The notes under the pieces are model-generated. The model saw only the letters and a program-made list of their open reading frames with translations, ran no database searches and had not been told where the DNA came from. Position numbers and translations under genes: made by a program. Positions 1 to 10,603 of a DNA stretch of 64,000 nt are shown here, piece by piece. Positions within the stretch are counted from its first letter, which is position 1, and the number at the start of each line of letters is the position of its first letter. Origin of the DNA: an uncultured Chloroflexia bacterium (GTDB lineage: Bacteria > Chloroflexota > Limnocylindria > Limnocylindrales > CSP1-4); contig CAWFXA010000002.1 in assembly GCA_963819655.1 (NCBI GenBank), positions 768,001-832,000 on the forward strand, written 5' to 3'.

Positions 1-1451
1 GTCAGTGATGTCTGGCCGAGCTTGTCCATCACGGTCCGGACGATGCAGGCGCCGGCCAGGATCACCTCGGCTCGCTTCGGCTGGAGACCGACGATCGTCC
101 GGCGCGCATCGGCGTCCCGTGTCCGGTAGAGCTCGATCTGGCGGTCGATCGCATCGCGATCGAGGACGGTGCCCTGGATGACCGCCGGGTCGTAGACCGC
201 GAGCTCATGCTTGACCGCGGCGAGGTTGGTCACCGCACCACCCATCGCCACGAGCGCGTCCGGTCTGGCGCGGCCATCAAGGCTGGCGAAGTCCTTCGAC
301 ATCGTCGCCTGGACCTCGGCGAGGGTCTCGGCCGAGGTGACGCCATCGAGGCCGAACTGCTCCGTGTAGGCCACGGCCCCAAGGGGCAGGCTAAAGCGCT
401 CGTCGATGCGTCCATCGTGGCCGAAGGTGAACTGCGTGCTGCCGCCGCCCGTGTCGAACACCACGACGTGACCGGCATCCGTCGCGAGGCCGATCGAGAC
501 CGCGGCGTAGGCGAGCCGGGCCTCCTCCTCGCCGCTGATCTCCTCGACATCGACGCCGGTGCGCTCGCGGATGGCCGACAGCACGTGGTCGCGGTCGCGC
601 GCGGCTCGCACCCAGGCGGTCGCCACCGCCGCGATCGCGGCGACGCCCTCGCGTTTCGCCTCGTCGGCCATCGCGCCGATGACCTCGATCGTCCGCTCGA
701 GGGCGGCAGGCGCGACCGTCCCGCCGCTCTCGAGGCCCTCGCCCATCCGAGTGATCTCCGCGCGGTCCGCGACCGTCCGCCACGTGCCGTCAGCTTGGCG
801 CTCGCCGATGTGGAACTTGACCGAGTTCGTCCCGACATCGATCACCGCGTAGCGCGGGGGCCGGCCGATCAGCAGCGCGGCGAGCCCGACCGGGTAACTC
901 GTGTTGACGTAGCCCCCGAGACCGACCGAGCGGACGGCAGCGATCACAGCGGCCGGGTCCTCGGCTTCGATGGCGATGGTCCGGATGGGCTGTCCGTCAG
1001 CGGTGACGTCGGAGACTTCCGCGGTGCAGCCACCGGGCGCATAGCGGACGCGTCGCTTGTGGACCGCGACCGCGCGAACGGCGCTACCGGGCTGTGCGAC
1101 CTCGGCGAGGAAGCCGTCCAGGCTCGCTGCCGCGTCGTCGGACGGGGTGGACGGAAGGCGAAGCGCCTGGGTGACGATCGCCAGATCGGCCGGCGCCAGC
1201 GGGAAGGCGACCTTCGCCACCGGCTCCCAGCGCTCGAGCCCATCCGGGTTCACCTCGCGGAGCGTCTTCACGTCCATGAGGTCGAACCGGATCTTCACGA
1301 CATCGGTCGTCGGCTGCCCGTCGTCGACGAGCAGGTAGACCTCGTCCGACTCCTGCACGGCGCCGGGGGTCATGGCCCCGAACGCGGCTTCGGCGGCGCC
1401 GAAGCGCTGCCCGAATGTCCGGAACTCCCAGCGCGGGATGATCACGCTCAT
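1..1451 (-). CDS. Ppx/GppA-family phosphatase with a ~200-aa N-terminal CYTH-like domain (3' end runs off the window)
   Basis: Manual translation from ATG 1451 (absent from the ORF track): MSVIIPRWEFRTFG...ESDEVYL...KIRFDLMDVK...HKRRVRY...TIAIE, in frame into YAVIDVGTNSVK, ITRMGEGL, ISGEEEARL, VFDTGGGSTQ, GLQPKRAEVILAGA (ASKHA/Ppx-GppA motifs). Confidence 0.85.
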   Translation of the reverse strand, partial: MSVIIPRWEFRTFGQRFGAAEAAFGAMTPGAVQESDEVYLLVDDGQPTTDVVKIRFDLMDVKTLREVNPDGLERWEPVAKVAFPLAPADLAIVTQALRLPSTPSDDAAASLDGFLAEVAQPGSAVRAVAVHKRRVRYAPGGCTAEVSDVTADGQPIRTIAIEAEDPAAVIAAVRSVGLGGYVNTSYPVGLAALLIGRPPRYAVIDVGTNSVKFHIGERQADGTWRTVADRAEITRMGEGLESGGTVAPAALERTIEVIGAMADEAKREGVAAIAAVATAWVRAARDRDHVLSAIRERTGVDVEEISGEEEARLAYAAVSIGLATDAGHVVVFDTGGGSTQFTFGHDGRIDERFSLPLGAVAYTEQFGLDGVTSAETLAEVQATMSKDFASLDGRARPDALVAMGGAVTNLAAVKHELAVYDPAVIQGTVLDRDAIDRQIELYRTRDADARRTIVGLQPKRAEVILAGACIVRTVMDKLGQTSL

Positions 1452-1476
1452 CGGGACGCAGCGGCGCTCGACTCCC

Positions 1477-4233
1477 TCACGAGGCTGCCGCTGGCAGCGG
1501 TGCACCGCCCGCCGTGACGGCCTCGGTCGAGGCTGCCCGACGGCGGAAGACCTTGCGGATCTCCGCCACGATGATGATCAGGGCGCCCGCAACGATGCAG
1601 ATCGCCCACTGATCCACGCTGAGCTCCACCGTGTCGAGCACCCGCTGGAGCGGACCGAACGTCGTGGCCAGGAAGATGGTCAGCAGCGACAGCGCCGATG
1701 TCTTCAGCAGGACGCTGTTCTCGAGAAGCTCACTACTGAAGATCGTGCGCTCTTCGTCCGACGTCTCGATCGAGAAGAAGAGGTGCAGCATCGAGAAAGT
1801 CACGAGGCCCATCGTGTGGGCGACGGTCTCGTCGAAATTGTTCCCGGCCCAGACGATGACGGCGAGGGTGATCGCAGCCATGACCAGTCCGATGAACGCG
1901 AGCCAGGCGAACAGGGGCCGCGGCAGGATCTGCTGGTCCTTGGGCCTGGGGGCTTCCTCCATGAGGCCCTCGCGTTGTTTGCCGTAGCCGAGGCCGATGG
2001 CCTGGAAGATGTCGACGGTGAAGTTGATCCACAGGGTCTGCAGCGGCAGGAACGGGACGCCACCAAGGATCCCGAAGATGCTCGCGCCGAGGAACGTTCC
2101 GATGAAGCTGAAGAGACACGCCATCTGGAACCGGATGTAGCGCACCAGGTTGTCGTACAGCGCGCGCCCCTGCTCCACGGCCCGCACGATCGTCGCGAAG
2201 TTGTCGTCGGTCAGGATCATCACGGCGGCCTCTTTGGAGACCTCCGTGCCGGTGATGCCCATCGCAACGCCGATGTCAGCCATCTTGAGAGCCGGCGCGT
2301 CGTTCACGCCGTCGCCGGTCATCGCCACGATGTGGCCCTTGCGGCGGAGGATGTCGACCAGGTGGACCTTGTCTTCGGGGGCCACGCGGGCGATGACGCC
2401 TATGTCATCGATCCGGCGATCGGCTTCCTCGTCGGACATGGCGCGGAAGTCGGCGCCGGTCATGGCCTGGCCCTCGATCCCGAGCTGGCGGGCGATGGCA
2501 TCGGCCGTCACGGCGTGGTCGCCGGTGATCATTCGCACCTTGATGCCGGCGGCCTTTGCCTTGGCGATGGCGTCCCGGGCCTCAGCGCGGGGCGGGTCGA
2601 CGATACCGACGATGGCCAGGAGCTGGAGGTCGCTGACCAGTGGCAGGAGATCGGCGTTCGGGTCGAACGTGGCCGGATCGAAGTCACGCTGCGCGGTGGC
2701 CATGACGCGCAGGCCCTGGGCGCCGAGTCGCTCGTTCTCGGCAAGGAACGGTTCGCGGACCCGGTCGATCGGGACGTCCGCACCATCGGGACCATGGGCC
2801 GACGTGGCCCGGGCGAGCAGCTGGTCGGGGGCCCCCTTGACGAAGCAGCGGATGACGGTCTTGCCAGCGTCATCCTCCATGCGGTGGAACGTAGCCATGA
2901 ACTTGTAGGCCGCATCGAACGGCAGCGTCGCCACCCGCGGATAGCGCTCGCGCGTCAACGTGGGGTCGACGCCGCCCTTGGCGGCGAGCACGACGAGCGC
3001 GCCCTCGGTCGGGTCCCCGACCAGCGAGCCATCGCGCACCTCCGCGTCGGCGCACAGGGCCATCGGCAGCAGCAGTCCCTCGAGCGGGACATCGGGTTGC
3101 CCGCCCGTATGCGTGATTTGCCCGTCCGTCGAGTAGCCCTCGCCCGAGATCGCGTAGCGCCGCCCGACCACCGCCATCTGCACTGCCGTCATCTGGTTCA
3201 GGGTCAGGGTGCCCGTCTTGTCCGAGTTGATCGCAGAAGTCGAGCCTAGTGTCTCGACCGAGCGCAAACGCTTCACGATCGCGCCGGACGCGGCGAGCGC
3301 AGTGGTGCCCGACGTGAGGATCGTCGTCACGACCGCGGGCAGGCCGGTCGGGATCGCCGAGACGGAGAACGAGATCGCGGTCAGGAACAGGACGTCGAAC
3401 GGTGTGTCTCGCGCCAGACCGATCAGGATCGAGACCAGGAGTGCGATACCGGCGATGACGAGGATCTGGTTGGTCAGGGTGTTGAGCTGGCGGGTGAGGG
3501 GCGTGACCTCGTCCTTGGTCCGCTGGAGCATGCCGCTGATGTGACCGACCTCGGTCGACATGCCTGTTGCGACGACGAGGATCGTTCCCGCACCGCGGGT
3601 GACCTGCGTGTTCATGAACGCGAGGTCGATGCGATCGCCCAACGCCGAGTCGTCGGGGACGGCATCGATCTGCTTGGGGACCGGGACGCTCTCGCCTGTC
3701 AGCGCCGACTCATCGATCTCGAGCGTGGCTGCGCTGAGGATCCGCGCGTCCGCCGGGACGAGGTCGCCGGCCTCGATGTTGACGATGTCGCCAGGCACCA
3801 GGTCGCCCATCGGTAGTTCGACAAGGTCCCCGTCGCGACGTACCTTGGCCTTCACGACCATCATCTTCTGGAGGGCGGCCACGCTGGCCGACGCCTTGCC
3901 TTCCTGGCTGAGGCCCATCGCTGCGTTCAGGAGGGTCAGGGCGATGAGGACCACGCCGGTCGCGACCTGGTTCGGGATGAACAGGCTCAGGACGCCGGCC
4001 GCCAGCAAGACGATCTGCATCGGATCCTTGTATTGGCGCACGAACGCCTGCCAGCGCGGCTCCTTGGCCGCCTCGGCGAACTTGTTGGGGCCGTAACGCG
4101 CGCGACGCGTCTCCACCTCGGCGGTCGCCAGGCCGTCGGCGACGGTGACGCCCTGTCGCTCGAGCGCCTCGGTGGGCGTCAGGCCGTGCCAGGCGGTTCC
4201 CGCATCGGCGGCGCCAACGTCGCTCCCTGTCAT
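1477..4233 (-). CDS. Cation-transporting P-type ATPase (Ca2+-type, P-IIA-like)
   Basis: TGES, SDKTGTLT phosphorylation motif, KGAP, TGD, GDGVNDAPAL and about 10 TM segments; RBS GGAGG upstream. Confidence 0.95.
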   Translation of the reverse strand: MTGSDVGAADAGTAWHGLTPTEALERQGVTVADGLATAEVETRRARYGPNKFAEAAKEPRWQAFVRQYKDPMQIVLLAAGVLSLFIPNQVATGVVLIALTLLNAAMGLSQEGKASASVAALQKMMVVKAKVRRDGDLVELPMGDLVPGDIVNIEAGDLVPADARILSAATLEIDESALTGESVPVPKQIDAVPDDSALGDRIDLAFMNTQVTRGAGTILVVATGMSTEVGHISGMLQRTKDEVTPLTRQLNTLTNQILVIAGIALLVSILIGLARDTPFDVLFLTAISFSVSAIPTGLPAVVTTILTSGTTALAASGAIVKRLRSVETLGSTSAINSDKTGTLTLNQMTAVQMAVVGRRYAISGEGYSTDGQITHTGGQPDVPLEGLLLPMALCADAEVRDGSLVGDPTEGALVVLAAKGGVDPTLTRERYPRVATLPFDAAYKFMATFHRMEDDAGKTVIRCFVKGAPDQLLARATSAHGPDGADVPIDRVREPFLAENERLGAQGLRVMATAQRDFDPATFDPNADLLPLVSDLQLLAIVGIVDPPRAEARDAIAKAKAAGIKVRMITGDHAVTADAIARQLGIEGQAMTGADFRAMSDEEADRRIDDIGVIARVAPEDKVHLVDILRRKGHIVAMTGDGVNDAPALKMADIGVAMGITGTEVSKEAAVMILTDDNFATIVRAVEQGRALYDNLVRYIRFQMACLFSFIGTFLGASIFGILGGVPFLPLQTLWINFTVDIFQAIGLGYGKQREGLMEEAPRPKDQQILPRPLFAWLAFIGLVMAAITLAVIVWAGNNFDETVAHTMGLVTFSMLHLFFSIETSDEERTIFSSELLENSVLLKTSALSLLTIFLATTFGPLQRVLDTVELSVDQWAICIVAGALIIIVAEIRKVFRRRAASTEAVTAGGAPLPAAAS

Positions 4234-4436
4234 CGTGAGCCTCCTAGTCGTCCATCACGACTGAGTCTGATGATGCACCGGATCACCGGCGCATCATTGC
4301 CTGCGTCGGCATACACGACGTCATCAGGTTCGGGTGATGCCCGGCTCGGCGACGCAACGTTTGCCGCAAGCTCGCTGGCCGTCGGTGGGACAATGCAGTA
4401 GAACGGCAACGCCTTCTCGCCCACCCGTGCATCCCG

Positions 4437-4490
4437 GCCGCGACCTCTGGCCGATCCTCCACTCCCTTGCCGAATGGGGTGATCAGCAGG
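4437..4490 (+). pseudogene. Probable remnant of an HxlR-type winged-helix regulator (C-terminal helix only)
   Basis: GRDLWPILHSLAEWGDQ resembles the conserved HxlR C-terminal helix; no HTH-like sequence precedes it in frame. Confidence 0.4.
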
Positions 4491-4830
4491 CGGCCCCTCG
4501 CCTCCTGCCGTCCTCCCTCGTGGCCGCAGCGAACCCGTCGCTGCTGCCAGCCGCCCGTCAACTCGGCAGGAAACTCGATGCCCTCATCAGTAACGCGACA
4601 GGCGCTGCGAGGCCATTTCCAGCAAGTCCATCGACGAGCCTTGCGGTGGCTGACGAACTGAGTCCCTGACGCGACGCATCTGATCGATTTCCGCGCTCAA
4701 AAACATCGGGCATCACCTGCTGTAGCCGCACGGCGTGTTCATGAAACGCCAGCGGAAGCGACGCGTCGGCTTGGTTCGGGCAGGTACCTGCGTCGTCCTG
4801 ATGTGGGCACATCGATCGACGAGGAACTAG

Positions 4831-4956
4831 GTGGCGACAGACGAATCCTTCGGAGGAACGGGCTTCTGGCTCTGGCTGGTGAAGGCCGGAGCAATCGTCC
4901 TGGGCTGGCTCGTGGCGGTGGTGATCCTGATCCCTTGCTCGGCTCCTCGCCGCTAA
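4831..4956 (+). CDS. Small single-pass membrane protein (41 aa)
   Basis: GAGGA RBS then GTG; VATDESFGGTGFWLWLVKAGAIVLGWLVAVVILIPCSAPRR; a hairpin follows. Confidence 0.5.
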   Translation: MATDESFGGTGFWLWLVKAGAIVLGWLVAVVILIPCSAPRR

Positions 4957-4991
4957 GCACGCGCGGCGCCGCCCGGACCGGATGGGAATCA

Positions 4992-5025
4992 CGAAGCGGC
5001 GCCGGAGGAGATCGGCGCCGCTTCG
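4992..5025. terminator. Probable bidirectional terminator hairpin
   Basis: 13-bp perfect stem cgaagcggcgccg / cggcgccgcttcg between convergent small genes. Confidence 0.65.
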
Positions 5026-5078
5026 CGGAAGACGCGAACACGAGAGGGTGCGTGCCGCGTGAAGGAGAAGTCGATCGG

Positions 5079-5345
5079 TCAGGCCGCGCTCGCCTGAGGG
5101 ATCTGGCTCGCTTCGGCCAGGCGCCCGGATCGATAGAGATGCCGCAGGAACAGCACGCGGTTGATCTCAGTGAGCGTCCAGGACGCGTCGCCGACGCGCA
5201 GGCCGTTCAGATAAGCCACGAGATTGGCGGCTTCGGCCGATTCGAGGCCCTGCCGGATGAGGGCGCGATGCGTCCCACGGATCTTCCGCGATCCTGGAAG
5301 GACGTCTGCCGGCAATTTCGCGATCGATGCGGATGGGTGGTTCAT
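5079..5345 (-). CDS. Small hypothetical protein (88 aa)
   Basis: Helical-looking, non-shadow composition (LIRQGLESAEAANLVAYLNGL...WTLTEINRVLFLRHL); points toward the hairpin. Confidence 0.6.
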   Translation of the reverse strand: MNHPSASIAKLPADVLPGSRKIRGTHRALIRQGLESAEAANLVAYLNGLRVGDASWTLTEINRVLFLRHLYRSGRLAEASQIPQASAA

Positions 5346-5566
5346 GAGGGATGCCTCGGGCTTGATCTGCGGTCACCACGCTAGTCGCGCCGGCCGGCCC
5401 CGCGAAGTCACATGGGTCGTGACTGCCATGTGAGGTCCGTCCCAAGGAGACCGTGACGGCTGTCACTGCTCGGATAGGACGCTCGCGACTTCCGACGCCC
5501 GAGCGCCCCCGATAGGGTCGGACGACGACAGGTCCGTGTGGAGACACGACCAGAGGAGAACGACTG

Positions 5567-5890
5567 ATGGCCACAACCACCTCCGGGCGATCCATCGTCC
5601 GGCCGACGACCGGGAGCCGCACCGAAGCGGCGCCCAGCAAATGGGCCATCTTCGGACTCGTGTCGGTCGGCACGTTCATGACGACGCTCGACGCCTCGAT
5701 CGTCAACATCGCGCTGCCGTCCATCGCGCGATGGTTCGACACGCCGGCGAGCGGTCTCGTCGAATGGGTCGTGATCGCCTACCTGATGGCGATCGCCGCC
5801 ACGCTCCTGACGTTCGGCCGACTGGCCGACCTGGTGGGGCGCGAGAAGATCTGGGTCGCCGGCCTCGCTCTCTTCAGCGCAGGCTCGGTG
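5567..5890 (+). pseudogene. 5' fragment of a DHA2/EmrB-QacA MFS transporter
   Basis: RBS GAGGAG; FMTTLDASIVNIALPSI, W..IAY, GRLADLVGRE (motif A), FSAGS; MFS character stops abruptly near 5890. Confidence 0.8.
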
Positions 5891-6312
5891 CCGGTGAGCT
5901 GCGCGAGCGCCTCCCGGAGTGTCGCGTCCTCATCCTCACGACGTTCGGCCGGCCGGGCTATCTGCGCATGGCGATGGAGCGCGGGGTCGCAGGCTTCCTG
6001 CTCAAGGACGCGCCAGCCGGGCAGCTGGCGGACGCGATCCGACGGGCCATGGCGGGCCTGCGAACCGTGGACCCAGCGCTCGCCGTCGCGGCGCTGAGCG
6101 AGGGGTCGAATCCGCTCACGGACCGCGAGCGGGAAGTGCTCATCGCCTCGACCGAGGAGGCGACCGTCGCCGACATCGCCGGACGACTCTTCCTCTCGGA
6201 AGGCACGATCCGCAATCACCTGTCCGCGGCGATCCAGAAGCTCGGGGCGCACAATCGCGCCGAGGCGGTCCGCATCGCGCAGGAGAAGGGCTGGCTCGAA
6301 CCCGGCTCCTAG
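5890..6312 (+). pseudogene. 3' fragment of a DesR/NarL-family response regulator
   Basis: AGELRERLPECRVLILTTFGRPGYL...GFLLKDAP...NPLTDRERE...LFLSEGTIRNHLS (LuxR HTH); the N-terminal REC half with the phospho-Asp and the start codon is absent. Confidence 0.8.
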
Positions 6313-6316
6313 GTTG

Positions 6317-6748
6317 CTAGGAGGCCCGTCCAGCGCCCGCATCGTCCGGTCCGTCCCCGACGACGCTCGGATCCGCCTCACGCATCGCGGCTGCCAGCCA
6401 GGACCGCGCGCCGGTCACCGCGACGGCGAGGCCGATCACGACGAGCAGCGGCCCGAGCGCGAGACCGAGAGCGACGGTGCCCGCGCCGACACCGACGAAG
6501 AGCGGGGCGAAGGCAGGTGCCGGGATCCGGCCGGGATCGCGCCCGATCGGCCACCCGTCGGCCGTCCGTTCGGCCTCCCTCGACCTGAACCACAGGACGC
6601 CCGAGGCGACGGCACTGGCGGCCCCGAACCCGAGCAACATGACGGTCCCGGCCGCCTCATAGGCCACGAACCAGTAGACGACCCCGATGATGAGACCGAA
6701 CGCCGCGATCCGGACGAAGAACAGGACCTCCTCGGGCAGCCGCATCAT
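6317..6748 (-). CDS. ctaF: Cytochrome c oxidase subunit 4 (CtaF-like)
   Basis: [15 protein letters not shown] motif, 3-4 TM; ATGA overlap with ctaD stop. Confidence 0.7.
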   Translation of the reverse strand: MMRLPEEVLFFVRIAAFGLIIGVVYWFVAYEAAGTVMLLGFGAASAVASGVLWFRSREAERTADGWPIGRDPGRIPAPAFAPLFVGVGAGTVALGLALGPLLVVIGLAVAVTGARSWLAAAMREADPSVVGDGPDDAGAGRAS

Positions 6749-8409
6749 GGCTCGCTCGCCGGTGGGGTCCCGGCCGCGCGCTCGGCATCCATCCGCCAGT
6801 CGAACACCGGACGGGCGGACCGGATCGGCGGGAGGCTGCTGAAGTTGTGCGGCGGTGGGGGTGATGTCGTCGCCCATTCGAGGGTGAAGCCACCCCACGG
6901 ATCGGCCGGCGCGTCGGGGGGTCGACGGAGCGCGTCACCGACCGCCACAAGGAACGGGATCACACCGAGGCCGAGAACGACTGAGCCGATCGTCGACAGG
7001 ACGTTCAGCTCGACCCACCCGTTCGCGCCGCTGTAGTCGGCGATGCGCCGGGGCATCCCGAGGAAACCAAGTTGGTATTGCGGCAGGAACGTCAACGTGA
7101 AGCCCACGACCCACAGCGCGAGGTGGAGCCGGCCCAGGGTCTCGGACAGTCGCCGCCCGGTGATCTTGGGGAACCAGTAGTAGGTGGCCGCGAAGATGCC
7201 GAAGACGGTCCCGCCGATCAGCGTGTTGTGGAAATGGGCGACGACGAAATACGTGTCGTGAAGATGGAAATCGAGCGCGGGGGAGGCGAGGAGGACCCCG
7301 GTGATGCCGCCTAGCAGGAAAAGGTACATGAAACCGAGCGCCCACAGCATCGGCGTCTCGAACGTCAGCTGCCCGCGCCACATCGTGGCGATCCAGTTGA
7401 AGAACTTGATCCCGGTGGGCACCGCGATGGCGAACGACATGACGCTGAAGAACGGGAGGTTCACCGCGCCGGTCGCGAACATGTGATGGGCCCACACCGC
7501 CATCGACAGGCTGGCGATGGCGATCGTCGCGAAGACGAACGCGGTGTACCCGAACACGGGCTTGCGGCTGAAGACCGGGATGATCTCGGTGATGACGCCG
7601 AAGAACGGCAGGATCAGGATGTAGACCTCGGGGTGGCCGAAGAACCAGAAGATGTGCTGCCACAGGATCGCGTCGCCGCCCACCGTCGGATCGAAGAAGG
7701 CGCCGCCGAGGTGGCGGTCGATGAGGAGCATCGCAAACGCCGCGGTCAGCGGCGGGAACGCGACGAGCATGAGCAGCGACGTCACGAGGATGTTCCACGT
7801 GAAGATGGGCATCCGGAACATCCGCATCCCCGGCGCACGCAGGCCATAGATCGTCGCGATCAGGTTGATCGCCGCCAGCACACTCGAGAACCCGACGAGG
7901 GCCAGCCCGACGATCCACAGGTCGAGCCCGACGCCCGGTTCGTAGGCGCCCGTCAGCGGGACATAGCCGGTCCAGCCGCCCGCGGCGGCGCCCCCCGCGG
8001 TCAGGAAGCCGGCCAGGACGACGAGCCCGCCGAAGAGGAACAGCCAGTACGTCAGCGCGTTGAGCCGGGGGAACGCGACGTCCGGGGCGCCGATCTGGAG
8101 CGGGACGATGTAGTTGGCCAGTCCCGTCCCCATCGGCGTCCCGAACAGCAGCAGCATCACGGTCCCGTGGATCGTGAACAGCTCATCGAACGCCTGCGCA
8201 TCCATGACCTGCAGACCAGGAGCCGCGAGCTCGGCTCGCATCAGGAGCGCCAGCACGCCGCCGAAGAGGAAGAACAGGTACGACGTCGCGATGTAGAGGA
8301 TGCCGACCCGCTTGTGGTCGGTCGTGGTCAGCCACCCCGTCAGGCCGTTCACCGGAGCGTGGATGCGTTCCGAGGTGGCGGTGCCGACGACACTCTCAGT
8401 CGTGGTCAC
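6745..8409 (-). CDS. ctaD: Cytochrome c oxidase subunit I, A1-type (aa3)
   Basis: [50 protein letters not shown]; GTGA overlap with ctaC stop. Confidence 0.97.
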   Translation of the reverse strand: MTTTESVVGTATSERIHAPVNGLTGWLTTTDHKRVGILYIATSYLFFLFGGVLALLMRAELAAPGLQVMDAQAFDELFTIHGTVMLLLFGTPMGTGLANYIVPLQIGAPDVAFPRLNALTYWLFLFGGLVVLAGFLTAGGAAAGGWTGYVPLTGAYEPGVGLDLWIVGLALVGFSSVLAAINLIATIYGLRAPGMRMFRMPIFTWNILVTSLLMLVAFPPLTAAFAMLLIDRHLGGAFFDPTVGGDAILWQHIFWFFGHPEVYILILPFFGVITEIIPVFSRKPVFGYTAFVFATIAIASLSMAVWAHHMFATGAVNLPFFSVMSFAIAVPTGIKFFNWIATMWRGQLTFETPMLWALGFMYLFLLGGITGVLLASPALDFHLHDTYFVVAHFHNTLIGGTVFGIFAATYYWFPKITGRRLSETLGRLHLALWVVGFTLTFLPQYQLGFLGMPRRIADYSGANGWVELNVLSTIGSVVLGLGVIPFLVAVGDALRRPPDAPADPWGGFTLEWATTSPPPPHNFSSLPPIRSARPVFDWRMDAERAAGTPPASEP

Positions 8410-9146
8410 GGGGCCGTCCCGGCGCCGGCCTGGTTTTCGGTCAGCCACGCTTCGTAGTCGGGCCGGGAGACGGCCACGACCTTGAGCGTCATCGCGGCAT
8501 GACCGACACCGCAGAACTCGGCGCATTGGCCGGCATAGGTCCCGGCTTCCTCGACCGTGAACTCGAATTCGGTCGGACGTCCCGGGGTCGCATCGCGCTT
8601 GAACAGGAACGCCGGGACGTAGAACGAGTGGATGACATCGGGCGAGGTCATGGTCACGTGGACCGACTCGCCGACTGGCACGACCATCTCGGCTGGTGTC
8701 TCCGGCAGCCCGACGATGCTGACGTCGTCGTCGGGATAATCGAACCGCCACTGCCAGCGGAAGGCCGTGATCTCGACATTGATCCCGCCGGGCGTCCGCT
8801 CGTCGATGCGCGCGACCGCACCGACCGTCAGCCAGAACAGGATGAGCACAGTGGCGATCGGGATGGCAGTCCAGGCGATCTCGAAACGGTGATCCCCGGA
8901 GATCTGGGGCGGCGGCTCGTGCGCGGTCGCGCTCCGCCGCCGGTAGCGCACGATCGCAAACGTCGTCAGTCCCCAGACGAGGGCTGCGACGAGGATCGCG
9001 GGCACGAGGAACGCGTTCCACAGGTCGTTGACGACACGCCCCTGCGTCGTGACGGAGACAGGCAGGCAGCCCGCGAGAACGAGCGCGGCAAGGACCAAGA
9101 GGACGGCGACCGGCGGCCAGGACCGGGGACGCTCCCGCTCCCTCAC
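8406..9146 (-). CDS. ctaC: Cytochrome c oxidase subunit II (lipoprotein, CuA)
   Basis: Lipobox [37 protein letters not shown]; GTGA overlap with qcrB stop. Confidence 0.95.
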   Translation of the reverse strand: MRERERPRSWPPVAVLLVLAALVLAGCLPVSVTTQGRVVNDLWNAFLVPAILVAALVWGLTTFAIVRYRRRSATAHEPPPQISGDHRFEIAWTAIPIATVLILFWLTVGAVARIDERTPGGINVEITAFRWQWRFDYPDDDVSIVGLPETPAEMVVPVGESVHVTMTSPDVIHSFYVPAFLFKRDATPGRPTEFEFTVEEAGTYAGQCAEFCGVGHAAMTLKVVAVSRPDYEAWLTENQAGAGTAP

Positions 9147-10603
9147 TCGACTTCCTCGAAGCCGCCATCCGGCGTCCGGCGAAGGACGGATCCGCCGTCC
9201 GGGCCGAGGGGCCGGCCTGCCCGGCGGCGAGTCTCGATCGCGAGCCGATAGGCGATCAGGGCGACGACGAGCGGGCCGATGAACACGAGGAGCCGCAGGG
9301 CGCTCGTCAGGTCCTCGACTCCGATGTCGAGGAGCGCAGCCAGGAGGTCGTTGGCCCCGGCGAGGGTCAAGACGACGAAGAGCGTCAGGACCGCCGACCC
9401 CACAGCCGATCGAAGCGGCGCCTGCCACGGGACCTGGAGCAGATGGTGATCCCGGTGGTCCCCGCTGATGCGCGATTCGATGAACGGCCACAGCGCAAGG
9501 CCGCCGAAGATGATGGTCGGCACGACGATACCGGGCAGGAAAGGACTCGGGATGGTGACGCCCAGGATCGTCGGCTCCCAGTTCGGGCCCAGACGGAGCA
9601 AGCCCTCGAGCCAGCCGAGATACCAGTCGGGCTGAGCGGGCGACGCGGCGGCGGACGGCACGTACGGTCCATAGACCCAGACCGGGTTGATCTGGAAGAC
9701 CCCGCCCATCAATGCCAGGACCGCGGCGGTCACGAAGAACAGGCCCACCGACCGGAACGCCTGGCCGGGCCACAGGTGACGCCCGACCACGTTGGTCTCG
9801 GTCGCCTGCCCGCTCGGGAACTGCGTGTGCTTCTGGAGGAAGACGATGCCGAGGTGGACGGTGATCGCCCCGATCATCAGGAGGGGCAGCAACATGATGT
9901 GGAAGACGTAGAACCGGCCGATCAGCTCGCTCGGCGGGAACTCGCCGCCGAACAGGAGATACGCGAGCCACGGCCCGACGAACGGGATCGCGAACGCAAC
10001 CGAATAGACGATGCGCAGGCCCGTCCCGGACAGGAGGTCGTCGGGGAGCGAGTACCCCGTCAGCCCGGCGGCGAGGGCCAGCAAAAGAAGGCTGACCCCG
10101 ATGAGCCAGTTGACCTCGCGCGGTCGTCGGAACGCGCCGGTGAAGAACACACGTGAGACGTGGACGACGATCGAGGCCACGAACACCAGTGCGGCCCAGT
10201 GGTGGACCTGCCGCATCAACAGGCCGGCCCGTACGTCGAACGACAGCCGCATCACCGAATCGAAGGCCACCGACACCTCGGTGCCCTGGAGGGGCACGTA
10301 GGGACCGTCGTACGTCACCGTCCCGCTGTCGGCCGCGAAGAAGAAGGTCAGGAAGATCCCGGTCGCGACGAGGATGATGTAGCAGGACAGGGCGACCTCG
10401 CCGAGCAGGAACGACCAGTGGTCCGGGAAGACCTTGCCCAGGAAGACGCGGGCGACCTCGGCGATACCGGTCCGTTCGTCGAGCCAACCAACGAGCCGAT
10501 CCAGCTCCGTCGGGCGCGGCTCGCTCGCGCTGGATTCGCTCGCGCTGGACTCGCTCGCCCGCGGCTCTGGCGGCCGCCGGCGCCGACGGGACGGCAGCCT
10601 CAC
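9143..10603 (-). CDS. qcrB: Cytochrome bcc complex cytochrome b
   Basis: [51 protein letters not shown]. Confidence 0.95.
   Translation of the reverse strand: MRLPSRRRRRPPEPRASESSASESSASEPRPTELDRLVGWLDERTGIAEVARVFLGKVFPDHWSFLLGEVALSCYIILVATGIFLTFFFAADSGTVTYDGPYVPLQGTEVSVAFDSVMRLSFDVRAGLLMRQVHHWAALVFVASIVVHVSRVFFTGAFRRPREVNWLIGVSLLLLALAAGLTGYSLPDDLLSGTGLRIVYSVAFAIPFVGPWLAYLLFGGEFPPSELIGRFYVFHIMLLPLLMIGAITVHLGIVFLQKHTQFPSGQATETNVVGRHLWPGQAFRSVGLFFVTAAVLALMGGVFQINPVWVYGPYVPSAAASPAQPDWYLGWLEGLLRLGPNWEPTILGVTIPSPFLPGIVVPTIIFGGLALWPFIESRISGDHRDHHLLQVPWQAPLRSAVGSAVLTLFVVLTLAGANDLLAALLDIGVEDLTSALRLLVFIGPLVVALIAYRLAIETRRRAGRPLGPDGGSVLRRTPDGGFEEVE

Noticed and set aside
207-3249. Long + strand ORFs 207-1517 and 1372-3249 (likewise 13413-14879, 30323-31891, 43858-46236, 47992-49380, 54420-55943)
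   Set aside because: Antisense shadows of clearly identified genes; Arg/Gly/Asp/His-rich with no motifs, as expected in high-GC DNA.
6745-10487. 807-aa CtaD and 693-aa CtaC ORFs suggesting N-terminal fusions
   Set aside because: The extensions are off-frame readings of the upstream genes; real starts are the GTGA overlaps at 8409 and 9146.
10520-10562. 15-bp tandem repeat at the qcrB N-terminus (ASESS)
   Set aside because: In-frame low-complexity slippage in a disordered leader, with no evident function.
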